A stretch of DNA of 63,395 nucleotides, the filler included, from Pelomyxa schiedti (taxonomy: Eukaryota > Protista > Evosea), in NCBI GenBank assembly GCA_020536535.1. It is 16 parts of 16 records of this genome, joined end to end, with 100 filler letters (N's around TTAATTAATTAA, not from the genome) between each part and the next. Parts side by side here need not be neighbours in the genome. Positions count along the whole stretch, not along the records: positions 31,156 to 39,649 come from JAHLWZ010001319.1; positions 39,750 to 41,224 come from JAHLWZ010002484.1; positions 41,325 to 46,826 come from JAHLWZ010000461.1; 13 more parts are not named here. One strand, given 5' to 3'. Numbering within the stretch: position 1 is the stretch's first letter; each line of letters starts with the position of its first letter. Positions 35,601 through 46,826 of this stretch are shown in pieces. The notes beneath the pieces were generated by a model. The model was not told where the DNA came from, did no database searches, and saw nothing but the letters and a program-made list of their open reading frames with translations. The position numbers and the translations under genes were made by a program.

Positions 35601-37027
35601 AATTACAACAAGAGGAAATTCATGTGGCGATGCAAGGCTGATTATCTTAGGAGTGATGAGATAGTAGTTGAGGAAGAATTGACATACCTGAGCATGCAAT
35701 GAGCACTGGGGGGAGTTCAGGGGCGTAGTAGACCTGTTGGTGACTAAGTGCGAAGGTGCATGAAAGGCATTCTACCAACTAATTGTACTTCATCTAAAAG
35801 TCAGAATCAACGAGAATAAATGAGCTCTCCAGGGATGGAAACAGCTCAGCCACCCAATCAGTGATTTACCTTTGTTTTCTGGAGTGAAAGAAGGAAACCT
35901 GGTTTGGAGGAGATCATGCAAAATCAGTAAGCACTCAGATGCAGAGGAGACTGATCCTCAGGAGTATACCACCTGACAAGCCTGCGTGGAACACATGGGA
36001 TCCTCTTGAATGTTGGGGAAAGGAAATACACAGCAAAACAAGAGCTGATCTTAAATGCTGGCAAGTCATCACGAAAATACTTCTGCCACTATCAGCGGAC
36101 ATTGTGCTGCCAATAGTAGGATTACATCAGGAGTGATTGCCTGGGGACAGGCAATACAAAGAGGGGGAGGTGCCAGTGCATTTTTGAGTCAAGAGACACT
36201 GAATTACTGTAATTGAAGTGAGCAAGATGAATGGTGAACAAAGTCCGCCATTACCATTACAGCTGATGGCACTGGTGCCCCAGATGACATCTCTGTGGAG
36301 GAAAAGGTCAAAGGCAGGAAGCAAAATGAGTAAAGGAACAAAACCACTTTAGAAACAACTCACAGCAATACACGGAGATAAAGAGTGAGAACCAGCAAAG
36401 GAAGTTATTCACAAGAGCAAGGTAAACCAAGATAATGCAAAAGCCCATGAGAGGGAACAACAAGGAGACGAAATACCGATGAGTCGGAGCAGAGTGTGTA
36501 ACGGTGCGGAACGACAAGATGCGATAGCAACGACGTTACGGGCGCTTCGCAGAAGACATCAGCGGTGATGACACGCCGACAATACAACGAACCCGATCGC
36601 CACAAAGAGTTACAAACACACCGCCAAGACGACGAACCCTATCGCCACAAAGAGTTACAAGACCAACATGAGTGCAGCAGTGGCATCCTGAAGAAATTGT
36701 GAACTCGTCTGCCATGAGGGTAACGCGTGTGGGGACACACGCTTGTTCGAGAGGGGGATGATGTGAAAGTGATGACTTCCCGAAAAAGGGAATCACAGAG
36801 TCCGCCCTGAGCACCCTCAGAAGTCGGACAACTTCTGGGAATTCAATGGCACATGATGCTGTGCTGTGCGTCCACTGAATACTTGGAATTCATGGGAGAC
36901 AGGGCTTATAAGCGACACCACTTTCACCACGAACTTCACCAGATCGATAAAAATAAATAAATACCTTGTTCCCTCCTTATCTCGCTACAAACGTGTTCGT
37001 CACTCCCCGTTAGGGACACCGCTCACA
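32685..37027 (+). mobile_element. Non-autonomous LTR element with 266-bp LTRs (32685-32950, 36762-37027)
   Basis: Direct repeats TGTGA...TCACA with 1 mismatch; PBS-like TGGAGGTGC at 32953; PPT GAGAGGGGGA at 36749; interior has no long ORF. Confidence 0.9.
34320..34630 (+). repeat. Internal array of CTGGTAAC-containing units
   Basis: CTGGTAAC recurs 8 times with ACAG/GACAG context. Confidence 0.8.
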
Positions 37028-37234
37028 CTTGGAGCAGCTGAACCTGGAAAATTGTGACATGTAATTTGAGGTCTGAGAATTTGAGAAAATTTGGGAAAAA
37101 GAGACACTGGGGATCCAGAACTTTCAACAAAGGATGTGTCATGTCATGTTCGTTGCGCTGTGAGCAGGGTGAGTTGATGTGTATTTTCAGAAGAATGTGC
37201 ACACAGCTCCCCAGCCACTCCAGCAAGAGAATTC

Positions 37235-37563
37235 TGTGTGATTCAGTGAATCCACAAGCAAACTCTTCAATGCAAACCGCTGAAGCAACGCAGGACAGAG
37301 AGACTCAGGTGCTGAGTCAGCAGCATGGACCTAATGAATTTGGAAATCAACTTCACGGAAATCTCCTTAAAAAGCTTGACGCTCCAAGCTCAGAATCACA
37401 TTGAAAAAAACACACACAAACTCAAACAAATAAACAACAAACACAAACACAAACAATAGAATCCTTTATTCCAACCAAATTCATCTCTTTCTGTCTTCTG
37501 TTATTGAGTGAGTATCCCCACATTAGCTCAAACACAACATACACAGAAGCATACAATCACACA
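37235..37563 (+). mobile_element. Solo LTR of the family at 29306
   Basis: TGTGTGATT...AATCACACA; 5' hairpin; 3' part matches the LTR upstream of gag. Confidence 0.75.
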
Positions 37564-39263
37564 CCTTTTTTGTTTTTGTTGGCTTTTTGTTGTTTGATCA
37601 AGGTGGGCACATGCCAAGCATATCCAGTTGATTCCAGTGCACTCTCCAAGGCATTTGGAACCTTTCCCATCACATGAGACCCACCGCGGATTGTTTCCGC
37701 GTTGTTTTGCATCATACAGTTCATTGTCAGGAACAACAACCTCCCAGAATTTGGTGTGTTCATGTTCCACCGATCCCGCTTTGTGACAGTTGGGACATAT
37801 TTTGTAATTGTCGCATTCGGAGCACTGTTGATGAGAGTGAGAGATCTCAATGTTGGGAGAGTGCGAACGAGGGAAAGAAAGAAACCTGATAAATGACTTC
37901 ACCAAAGGAAGAGGCACAAACACTGCAAATCCTGGTGTGAATTGCATGTGCTGGTGCAAGCGTGATGTTCGGTTGTGACCAGTGGAATGGTGTGGATACT
38001 TTCGCCATGAGGTGTGTCCTGTGTCAAATCCCGTTGGTGGGGAAGGGATGCACAAGAATAGAAACAAACCTCGGGTGGAAGGACTCACATTTTTCACACA
38101 AATAAACATCATTGCAGTGGAGGCACTTGAAGAACACTTCCATTGGAAACGCTTTGCAGTGGTCACATCCTCTGTTTGTTGGTTTGTTTTTTTTTTTGGA
38201 GAGGGGAAAAGTGAAAAGGCGTGTTTGAATGAGAGCGAGAAGGGATTTTACATGTGTGAAACATCTAAGAATATTTTCTCCCACCAAGAGGCATCAGTGG
38301 GCAGAACGATCCTGCTGTGCGAATATGCAGCAACAATTTGTGAGGGAATGGCAGCTTCATCTGCGTCGACTTCCGTAGTCTCCTCGTCGTCATCAGGCTC
38401 AGGTGGTTCAGAAACAGAGCCTGTCCGGATAAGGGCATCAGGAAACGCCGGGTCATTGGGATCAATTCTAGGCGGTTCAGTTGAACCACTGGATGTCTCA
38501 GGGGTCGCTGTGGCGGTGGGAACAGAAGGTTGTGACTCTTGCTCTCCACTCTGTGATTGATGCTGTGTCATTTCCGCTGCTGCGGCAGCTTGTTTCTCTC
38601 TTTCAGCTTGCTCCTCAGCCGCTGCCCTTCTTTGGAGTTCTCTCTTTTTGGCACGAAGCTCCCTCAGCACCTTCCTTCTCTCTTTCTCTTCTTCGATTGC
38701 TTTTGCCTCCAGTTGTGCCTTCTCCCTCTCCGCCGCCTTCTCCTCCTCCAACACAGCCACCTCCTCCTGTATCCTCTCGTTCCTCACCTCGAAGAATCCG
38801 TACCTGTGCCTGCACATCTCGATCCAGAACGGAACAGTTCCCATCAGGTCATGCAGCCTCCTGCACACTCGCCTCATCGACATCAAGTCCGATGCCCCCC
38901 TCGTCTTCCTCCTCGACACGGGCTGTGGTGCATGTTTCCTCGCAATACTTATGATCTTTGCCTCTTCTTTGCGCTCCTCGGCATAGGTCATGCTGGTAAC
39001 CGTGGGGCCTTCCAATCTCTTCACCATCGACGGTGTAATCCCAGATGGCACCTTATGCGCTGCAGCAGGCGTTTCTTCGGCTCGTAATCCTTCGCCTTGT
39101 TGGCCCCGCTCGCCGTCGGCGGGGGGGGATGCGGCTGGCGGCACCCCCTGTGACGACGTGCATTGTATGTGTAGTGGTTGCTACGTGATGCAACCCCTTT
39201 TGGGGCTTCTCCCTCGTCGTTAGCGCGGTCCGAGGGTGCAGAGAGAGCTTGTGTCGTTTCCAT
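37564..39263 (-). CDS. Protein with partial F-box-like motif, charged coiled coil and ZZ zinc fingers; 3' end abuts a solo LTR
   Basis: DLMSMRRVCRRL...FW; CDHCKAFPMEVFFKCLHCNDVYLCEKC; CSECDNYKICPNCH; VSCDG...WICLAC. Confidence 0.65.
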
Positions 39264-39324
39264 TTCGGGGAAGCCCCAAATCCCGAGACGCAGTTGCAGG
39301 TCGGCCAATAACTAATCGGTTTTG

Positions 39325-39649
39325 ATGATGGATACCAGCCCTGCGACCACCTCAGCTTTGCCATGCAGCGGCATTCCCCAGCCAACAGTTTTTGAGTCAC
39401 ACCCGGTCACCGACAGCTACGCGCCGCCGACACCGGCACCCATTGGCATTGTAGTGAACCCACGGCCCACTCCGACTACTACTACCGCCTCCAGCACACC
39501 GGAAACTACAACCAACACGTGCACTTCGTCGTCGCCAACATCGTCGACATGTCAAAGGCAGCAACTACTACAGCCGGAACATGTCGGCACGTCGGTCGAG
39601 GCGTGCAGGGCGCAACTCGCGGTTATGGGACTGGGCGACCAACCCGCCG
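39325..39649 (+). CDS. Hypothetical protein N-terminus (partial)
   Basis: T/S/P-rich ORF running into a gap; CRAQLAVMGLG weakly resembles the family A motif. Confidence 0.4.
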
Positions 39650-40013
39650 NNNNNNNNNNNNNNNNNNNNNNNNNNNNNNNNNNNNNNNNNNNNTTAATTA
39701 ATTAANNNNNNNNNNNNNNNNNNNNNNNNNNNNNNNNNNNNNNNNNNNNACTTCCAGCGGCATCAATCAGGAACAGAAGCCAAAGTTTACCTCCAATTCT
39801 TGAGAAGTGAACTGGAGCCACATGTGCACACCAGTTTTGTAGTATTTCTGGACTCTCTCTTGCAACAAGCCCTAGGGGATGGTGACGAGTAAAGGAGAGT
39901 GTAATTTTTCTTCCAAGAAGCGAACGATCGAACCCTAAAAAAAAAAGGATTATCCTCGGTAATCTTTTTCTAGCCAAAAACAAAATGAGGCCACTGGTAC
40001 TCAGGCCCAACTG

Positions 40014-41224
40014 ATCACGCGCCACTCAGCAGTCTCACACTCCCAGCCCTCCGGAAAAGTGACACAGCCTCGTTCATGTCCTTCTCAACACCACAGCCAT
40101 TTTTGTAACAACACCAAGGTTGAACATTGCAGAGGCATTTCCAGCATCAGCAGCCTTCCTGAAAAGTGACACAGCCCGGTTCATGTCCTTCTCAACACCC
40201 TTGCCATTTTTGTAACACCAACCAAGGTTGAACATTGCATCGGCATCTCCAGCATCGGCAGCCTTCCTGAAAAGTGAAACAGCCTCGTTCATGTCCTTCT
40301 CAACACCACAGCCATTTTTGTAACACAAACCAAGGTTGAACATTGCATCGGCATCTCCAGCATCAGCAGCCTTCCTGAAAAGTGACACAGCCTCGTTCAT
40401 ATCCTTCTCAACACCCTTGCCATTTTTGTAACACCAACCAAGGTTGTTCATTGCAGAGGCACATCCAGCACCAGCAGCCTTCCTGAAAAGTGACACAGCT
40501 TCGTTCATGTCCTTCTCAACACCACTGCCATTTTGGTAACACAAACCAAGGTTGTTCATTGCAGAGGCACATCCAGCATCAGCAGCCTTCCTGAAAAGTG
40601 ACACAGCCTCGTTCATGTCCTTCTCAACACCATTGCCATTTTTGTAACACCGACCAAGGTTGTTCATTGCTTTGGCATTTCCAGCATCAGCAGCCCTCCT
40701 GAAAAGTGACACAGCCTCGTTCATGTCCTTCTCAACACCCTTGCCATTTTTGTGACACACACCAAGGCTGTTCATTGCAGAGGCATTTCCAGCATCGGCA
40801 GCCCTTCTGAAAAGTGATGCAGCTTTGCTGGTGTCCCTGTCCACAGCAGTTCCATGAAGAAAACATGCACCAACAAGTGACATCGTGGAAGCCCACCAGA
40901 GTGTGGTTGGTTCGTTGTGTGTCACACAACAGCCCACGATCTGAGGGAGACCACATGATGTTGTCTTCTCCAAACCACAGCAGGCTGTCCACAAAGCAAC
41001 AAAATATTGGCATGCCCCCTGTCTGCCGCACCCGTTTGCGGGTGTGTCACCAAAATCACTCATGGCGAATACCGAGGCAATGAGTTCCTCCCACTCTTGT
41101 GCAACACTCATCACCGTTTCCTCGGCTTTCTTCTCTTCGTGAACTTGTTGTGTTTGTGGCATCAGGGGTGGTGGTGTCACCAGCACACTGTTGGCAGCCA
41201 ACATCAGCACCCTTCGGCAATAGT
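40014..41224 (-). CDS. Sel1-repeat protein; frameshift in the last repeat; 5' end uncertain
   Basis: About 7 tandem 36-aa (108-bp) units AMxNLGxCYKNGxGVEKDMNEAVSLFRKAADAG. Confidence 0.9.
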
Positions 41225-41330
41225 NNNNNNNNNNNNNNNNNNNNNNNNNNNNNNNNNNNNNNNNNNNNTTAATTAATTAANNNNNNNNNNNNNNNNNNNN
41301 NNNNNNNNNNNNNNNNNNNNNNNNTCACAG

Positions 41331-41606
41331 GTGATTGGGTTAAACTTGGGCAAGCCACCACTTACGTTTGATCTGTTCACATGGCAGATGATGCTGAGGG
41401 TGTTCCCAGAGATGTCAATAGTTAAGGAGCACTTTTTGAGGCTTGGTACAGCCACACCAGCGATGGCACAGTTCACAATGCAGATGTTCCCTGACATCAC
41501 AACTGATTGGATTGCTGAGTCCTGGTCCCATGTACCCCAGGTTCTCAGTGTCAGGCTTTGGCTTGGTGATGCCATACTACGACCAAATCCCGCACGGTCC
41601 TGGTGA
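41331..41606 (+). CDS. Last exon of a family B ankyrin-like gene (partial)
   Basis: DLFTWQMMLRVFP...PAMAQF.MQ.FPDIT...LWL aligns with 24832-25102. Confidence 0.75.
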   Translation: MIGLNLGKPPLTFDLFTWQMMLRVFPEMSIVKEHFLRLGTATPAMAQFTMQMFPDITTDWIAESWSHVPQVLSVRLWLGDAILRPNPARSW

Positions 41607-41998
41607 GCACTTTACACCCGTAACAGGTGTTCCAACTCTCTTGAATTTTGTTTCTAGGTCCGGACCCATCACCGTTCTTCAACGAAAAAAAATTAATGCT
41701 TGAAGTGAGGAAACAGGAAACGTGTTAATCAATCAATCAAATACACAAGACATTGCATAACCCCAAACATTATTGAAGGGCCACACACATTCGGTGAACA
41801 CCACTGTCAGAGAGCAAGTTCCAAGAATCATTGGGGAACTTGGTTCGGGACATAGCCGGCCATTCACAGGAACGGCCGGAGCGTTCATTCTAATGGCCTT
41901 TCCTTGAATCACCCGCCGTTGTACCACAGAAAGATTGTAAATAGGAATAATAACAAAAATAATTCTTCTTGATAGACACTATCACGCACACAACTCAA

Positions 41999-43603
41999 AT
42001 GGGAACGAGAGTCCTATCAAATGGTGGAGGTGCCCAAATCCCTCAGGTGCCTCACAGAGAACGTATTACAGTGGTGATCCCTAACAGAGGGAACGATTCT
42101 ACACACCAGGAGCCAGCAGCTCCTGCACACCAGGAAGAGCCCAGACCTCCAGATCTCCCTGAATCTACCACGGAATCGGAAGAAGAGTCTGAGGAGTCTT
42201 GTGGAGTTGAAATCACCAGAATCACTCCACCAACAGCTCCCACAAGAGCAACTCACCCTTGTCGAGTGCTGGTGCATGGACCCCAACACAGGGAGATGCA
42301 AGAAAGTATACAGTCGGTACTGGAAGTGGTTGCCAGCTTTGGTAGAGAGCTCCGAGAACTCAGGGAAGAAGTAGCAGAATGCAGGCAGGCACGGATGCAG
42401 CCAACTACCAGCAGTGCCAGCAATAGGACGGCAGCCCACAACCCGTCGCGTCAGCGGAACGACCAAGATGAGCACGCAGCGGACATGCGTGAACACATTG
42501 AGCCAGCAAGAAGGCAGGCCAACGGCCGAGTGCAGCAGGATTTCCCGTCTATGGCAGAAATTAGGAGAAGGCAGAATCAATTCTCGTCATACAGGAATCA
42601 GGCCAGATTGCTGGAACAAGACGAAGAGCCAACTTCCGAATGGGAAGAAGAAGAGGGAATCAGACCAGAGAGGCCCTGTGAAAAATTTCAAATTAAATTT
42701 CCAAACTCCTGTGACGTGGTTAATTTTGAAATATCCCAGAAGGAAGGCAAAGGCCACTTGAAAATACCTAAGTTGGATTCGAAAGATGCCAATGTAAGAG
42801 TCTGGTTGAATAAGGTCCGCGTACTTATCCGCAGGTTCTCCAATGACCAAGTAATGGCGGCTATTATTCCAGCATTGTCGGGGGAAGTAGCACAGATTCC
42901 TACCGGGGATGTACAATCAGTACGAGAGCTATTGCAGCTGCTTGTGGAGGAATGTGACATCAATACGAAAACAAATGCCAAGGCTGAGCTCTCACACTTT
43001 CAGATGCACAAGAATGAGACCTGGAGTGAGATGGTCAGCAGATTTCGGAGGACTTACGCCAGTGCAGCTGGATTAGCTGCCAATACCTCTGTGAACGATT
43101 TCGCCCTAATTGAGACCTTCAAGAGACTAATACCCCCTGATTGGGTCAATGAGATTGAGCGTTGCTGTGCTGCCACAGTTGACAGCATACCGTTCTCAAA
43201 ATATGCAGAGATAGCCAACAAGTGGTTTGTGCAGGATCCAGATAAGTTCATGACCAGGGGTAGTAGTAGCAGCAGTAGTATTCCAGCTGGCAATACATCG
43301 ACGGTGAGAACCGGTAAAGGTGACAGTTGTGGAGACAACTCTGTAAATTATGTGAATAACTGGAGTGAGAGGGGTAGAGGACGAGGGCGAGGCAGGGGAA
43401 TGGGAAGAGGAGCACCCCTACACACCTGGGGAGAGCCCGAGTCAAGAGGACCAAGATACTGGAGAGGAGGCAGGGGTACAACAGAGTATAGGGGAGCAAA
43501 GTCGTCTCTGCCTTATCAAACGAGAGTGTGTTTCAGATGTCATGAACCAGGGCACCTAAAGGCAAACTGCCCGCTATTACAACAACAACACCAGGGAAAC
43601 TAG
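41999..43603 (+). CDS. gag: Gag with RGG tract and CCHC knuckle
   Basis: FQMHKNETWSEMVSRFR; RGRGRGRG; CFRCHEPGHLKANC; start codon uncertain. Confidence 0.88.
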   Translation: MGTRVLSNGGGAQIPQVPHRERITVVIPNRGNDSTHQEPAAPAHQEEPRPPDLPESTTESEEESEESCGVEITRITPPTAPTRATHPCRVLVHGPQHREMQESIQSVLEVVASFGRELRELREEVAECRQARMQPTTSSASNRTAAHNPSRQRNDQDEHAADMREHIEPARRQANGRVQQDFPSMAEIRRRQNQFSSYRNQARLLEQDEEPTSEWEEEEGIRPERPCEKFQIKFPNSCDVVNFEISQKEGKGHLKIPKLDSKDANVRVWLNKVRVLIRRFSNDQVMAAIIPALSGEVAQIPTGDVQSVRELLQLLVEECDINTKTNAKAELSHFQMHKNETWSEMVSRFRRTYASAAGLAANTSVNDFALIETFKRLIPPDWVNEIERCCAATVDSIPFSKYAEIANKWFVQDPDKFMTRGSSSSSSIPAGNTSTVRTGKGDSCGDNSVNYVNNWSERGRGRGRGRGMGRGAPLHTWGEPESRGPRYWRGGRGTTEYRGAKSSLPYQTRVCFRCHEPGHLKANCPLLQQQHQGN

Positions 43604-43647
43604 ATAGCCCCGAAGGTGCCAGTAGAGAGGAGACTGGCGCTCAGGGG
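43594..43647 (+). promoter_or_regulatory. -1 programmed ribosomal frameshift signal
   Basis: G GGA AAC immediately before the gag TAG; 7-nt spacer; stem CCCC/GGGG plus GTGCCAGT/ACTGGCGC; -1 frame open into pol. Confidence 0.85.
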
Positions 43648-46024
43648 AAGATATCTCCTCAGGAAGGACAGCCTAAATCCATTATCAAGGGAAAAAAAGT
43701 GGGAATGCATAAAGTTAGATTCAAAGATCAGAGCTCTGAGGAAATAAACAGATGCGCAGAAGGGGCTTCTCCAACGGGAGGGAGTGAGGGTCGACACTCA
43801 CTTCGAGATTCTTGGAAAGCACCTTCGGNNNNNNNNNNNNNNNNNNNNNNNNNNNNNNNNNNNNNNNNNNNNNNNNNNNNNNNNNNNNNNNNNNNNNNNN
43901 NNNNNNNNNNNNNNNNNNNNNNNNNNNNCATAAAGTTAGATTCAAAGATCAGAGCTCTGAGGAAATAAACAGATGCGCAGAAGGGGCTTCTCCAACGGGA
44001 GGGAGTGAGGGTCGACACTCACTTCGAGATTCTTGGAAAGCACCTTCGGTACCCGCAATCTGTCAGATAGCCCGAGATTCTTCGAACGGAGGGGAAACAT
44101 CCCGAGATTCTTCGAATGGAGGGGCAGTAAGGAAGAAGACCCGAGATTCTTTGGAGGGAGGAGTACCAAGTACTCCACATCCCTCCAGGGGAGGGGCTGC
44201 AGATAATACCCACGAAAGAATGTTCAATGTTAATGGAGATGGCATCAGGAATAAATTCACACCTACATATTTAGGAGTCACGGTGAGTGGACTGTCAAGG
44301 GAAGTTTGCTTGGATACCGGTTCAGGCTATTCACTGATAAGTCGGAACCTTGTTGCAGAGTTAGAAAAAAAGAATGGGAATAAGTTTGTACAAACCCCGT
44401 ATGAGAGCGGATCACTACTGGCTGGGAAGACAAGCTTGTGTATTGAAAATACAATAAGAGTGAGATTCACACTGGCAGGGAGGAAGATTGGCTTCACGTT
44501 TGCTGTGATCGAGAACATAGACAACATCTGGGTGCTTGGTAATGATTTCAGAGCAGAATACGAAGTCTCACTGCCTTCAATTGACTGCGTGGAGTTGCCA
44601 TGGAATAAGCAAGTACATTGCCGCTGTACACCAGTGCATACCAGGGTATTCCTTACCACCCAAGAAGATAAGGAGTATCCCGCCGGACATAAAGTCGTCG
44701 AGAAGGTACAAGTGAACGCAGAGGCTGCAGAAGGAACGCTGTATAATATAACACCTGCAGCTAATGTGAATTTGTGCATAGCCCCAGGAGTGGGAGCCGA
44801 GCTGAAGAAAGGAACTCTACCTATTTGTATACTCAATCCCAAGCAAGAGACTGTAAGAATCCCTGCTGGAACTGTGCTAGCAACCGCACAGACCATGACA
44901 GAAAAGGATATAGCGTTTCTAAATGTACAAGAAGATTGCAGGCATACTGCAGCAGAACCAGGAGGCAAAACACAGGCAGAGAATCTGGGGTCCGAGTTCG
45001 ACAAGTATGATTGGGACAAAGCATTAGGACATCTCACAGTGGAGGAAGCGCCAAAACTGTATTCGATTTTGGAGAGGTATAAAAAGCTTTTTGTGGAGAA
45101 GCTACATCCAGGTGAGCAAACAACACTCAGGAATGTGGCAGATCATACTATAGATACCGGGGAGGCTAAGCCAGTGTCAGCATGGAGGCGCAAGCTCAGT
45201 GAAGAAGAACATGCCTACATCAAGGCAGAGGTGGAGAAGTACTTGCAGATGGGCATCATCCGGCCAAGCTATAGTAGCTGGAGTAGTCCTGTTGTACTTG
45301 CGCCAAAGAAGGATGGGACGTTGAGGTTCTGTGTTAACTATCGAAAGCTGAATATGGTGACAGAGAGGGATGTATACCCTGTACCACACATTGAGGAATG
45401 CTTAACAACACTGGCAGGACAGAAGGTATTCTCGCTCCTCGACTTATGCAGTGGATACTGGCAAATCCCAATATCTGAGAAAGATAAGCACAAAACCGCG
45501 TTTACTACTAGAGGTGGCCTGTTCGAATGGAATAGACTGCCATTCGGTCTTTCCAATGCTCCAGCAACTTTTCAAAGGGATGTCCTTCAGAGGCTCAGTG
45601 ATGCCCACCTATTCATACGCATGAATAAAGGTCAGTACGCTCAAAAGGAATTGCTTTACCTTGGGCACAGAATCTCTGGTGAAGGTATAGCAACTAGCCT
45701 AAGCCACGTCGAAGCTGTAAGCAAATTCCCAACCCCAAAAACACCAGCCGATGTGCAGCAGTTCATTGGGTTGGTGGGCTTCAGCCGGCGATTTATAAGA
45801 GACTTTGCAAGCAAGAGCCGGCCCTTGGTGGAACTATATAAGAAAGATAGCGTATTTATATGGGAGGAACCACAACAGAGGGCATTCCAGGAGTTGAAAC
45901 GCGCAATGGTCGAAGCGCCAATATTGGGGTTCCCAGTGCGTAAGGAACCTTTCTGCATCGAATCTGATGCATCTGGAATCGGGTTAGGAGCGGTCTTGTT
46001 TCAAGAAATTAATAAAAGGAGGGT
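43600..46024 (+). CDS. pol: Pol (protease, RT lacking YIDD, RNase H start)
   Basis: CLDTGSGYSLIS; WSSPVVLAPKKDGTLRFCVNYRKLN; LPFGLSNAPATFQR; ESDASGIGLGAVLFQ. Confidence 0.9.
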
Positions 46025-46124
46025 NNNNNNNNNNNNNNNNNNNNNNNNNNNNNNNNNNNNNNNNNNNNNNNNNNNNNNNNNNNNNNNNNNNNNNNNNNNN
46101 NNNNNNNNNNNNNNNNNNNNNNNN

Positions 46125-46826
46125 AGAGGTGGAGAAGTACTTGCAGATGGGCATCATCCGGCCAAGCTATAGTAGCTGGAGTAGTCCTGTTGTACTTGCG
46201 CCAAAGAAGGATGGGACGTTGAGGTTCTGTGTTAACTATCGAAAGTTGAATATGGTGACAGAGAGGGATGTATACCCTTTACCACACATTGAGGAATGCT
46301 TAACAACACTGGCGGGACAGAAGGTATTCTCACTCCTCGACTTATGCAGTGGATACTGGCAAATCCCAATATCTGAGAAAGATAAGCACAAAACCGCGTT
46401 TACCACTAGAGGTGGCCTGTTCGAATGGAATAGACTGCCATTCGGTCTTTCCAATGCTCCAGCAACTTTTCAAAGGGCCATGGATCTAATATTGCGAGGC
46501 CTCCTCTGGGAGGAGTGCCTTGTGTATATTGATGATATATTAATATTTGGAAGAGACATGCCGGAACACAATCGGAGGCTGATTCATGTCCTTCAGAGGC
46601 TCAGTGATGCCCACCTATTCATACGCATGAATAAAGGTCAGTACGCTCAAAAGGAATTGCTTTACCTTGGGCACAGAATCTCTGGCGAAGGTATAGCAAC
46701 TAGCATAAGCCACGTCGAAGCTGTAAGCAAATTCCCAACCCCAAAAACACCAGCCGATGTGCAGCAGTTCATTGGGTTGGTGGGCTTCAGCCGGCGATTT
46801 ATAAGAGACTTTGCAAGCAAGAGCCG
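46125..46826 (+). CDS. pol: Second RT copy with intact YIDD
   Basis: ECLVYIDDILIFG; otherwise near-identical to the RT region starting at 45226. Confidence 0.9.

Larger units (their letters stand above)
41723..46826 (+). mobile_element. Ty3/gypsy LTR retrotransposon (5' LTR about 41723-42019, gag, PR, RT, RNase H; 3' truncated)
   Basis: PBS TGGTGGAGGTGCC at 42022; domain order PR-RT-RH; LTR start approximate. Confidence 0.92.

Noticed and set aside
40050-40870. CRISPR-like periodicity
   Set aside because: Coding Sel1 repeats with no unique spacers, in a eukaryotic context
41969-46826. RT acting as a diversity-generating retroelement for family A
   Set aside because: The RT is a standard gypsy type on a different contig, and no template/variable repeat pair with adenine-specific changes was seen
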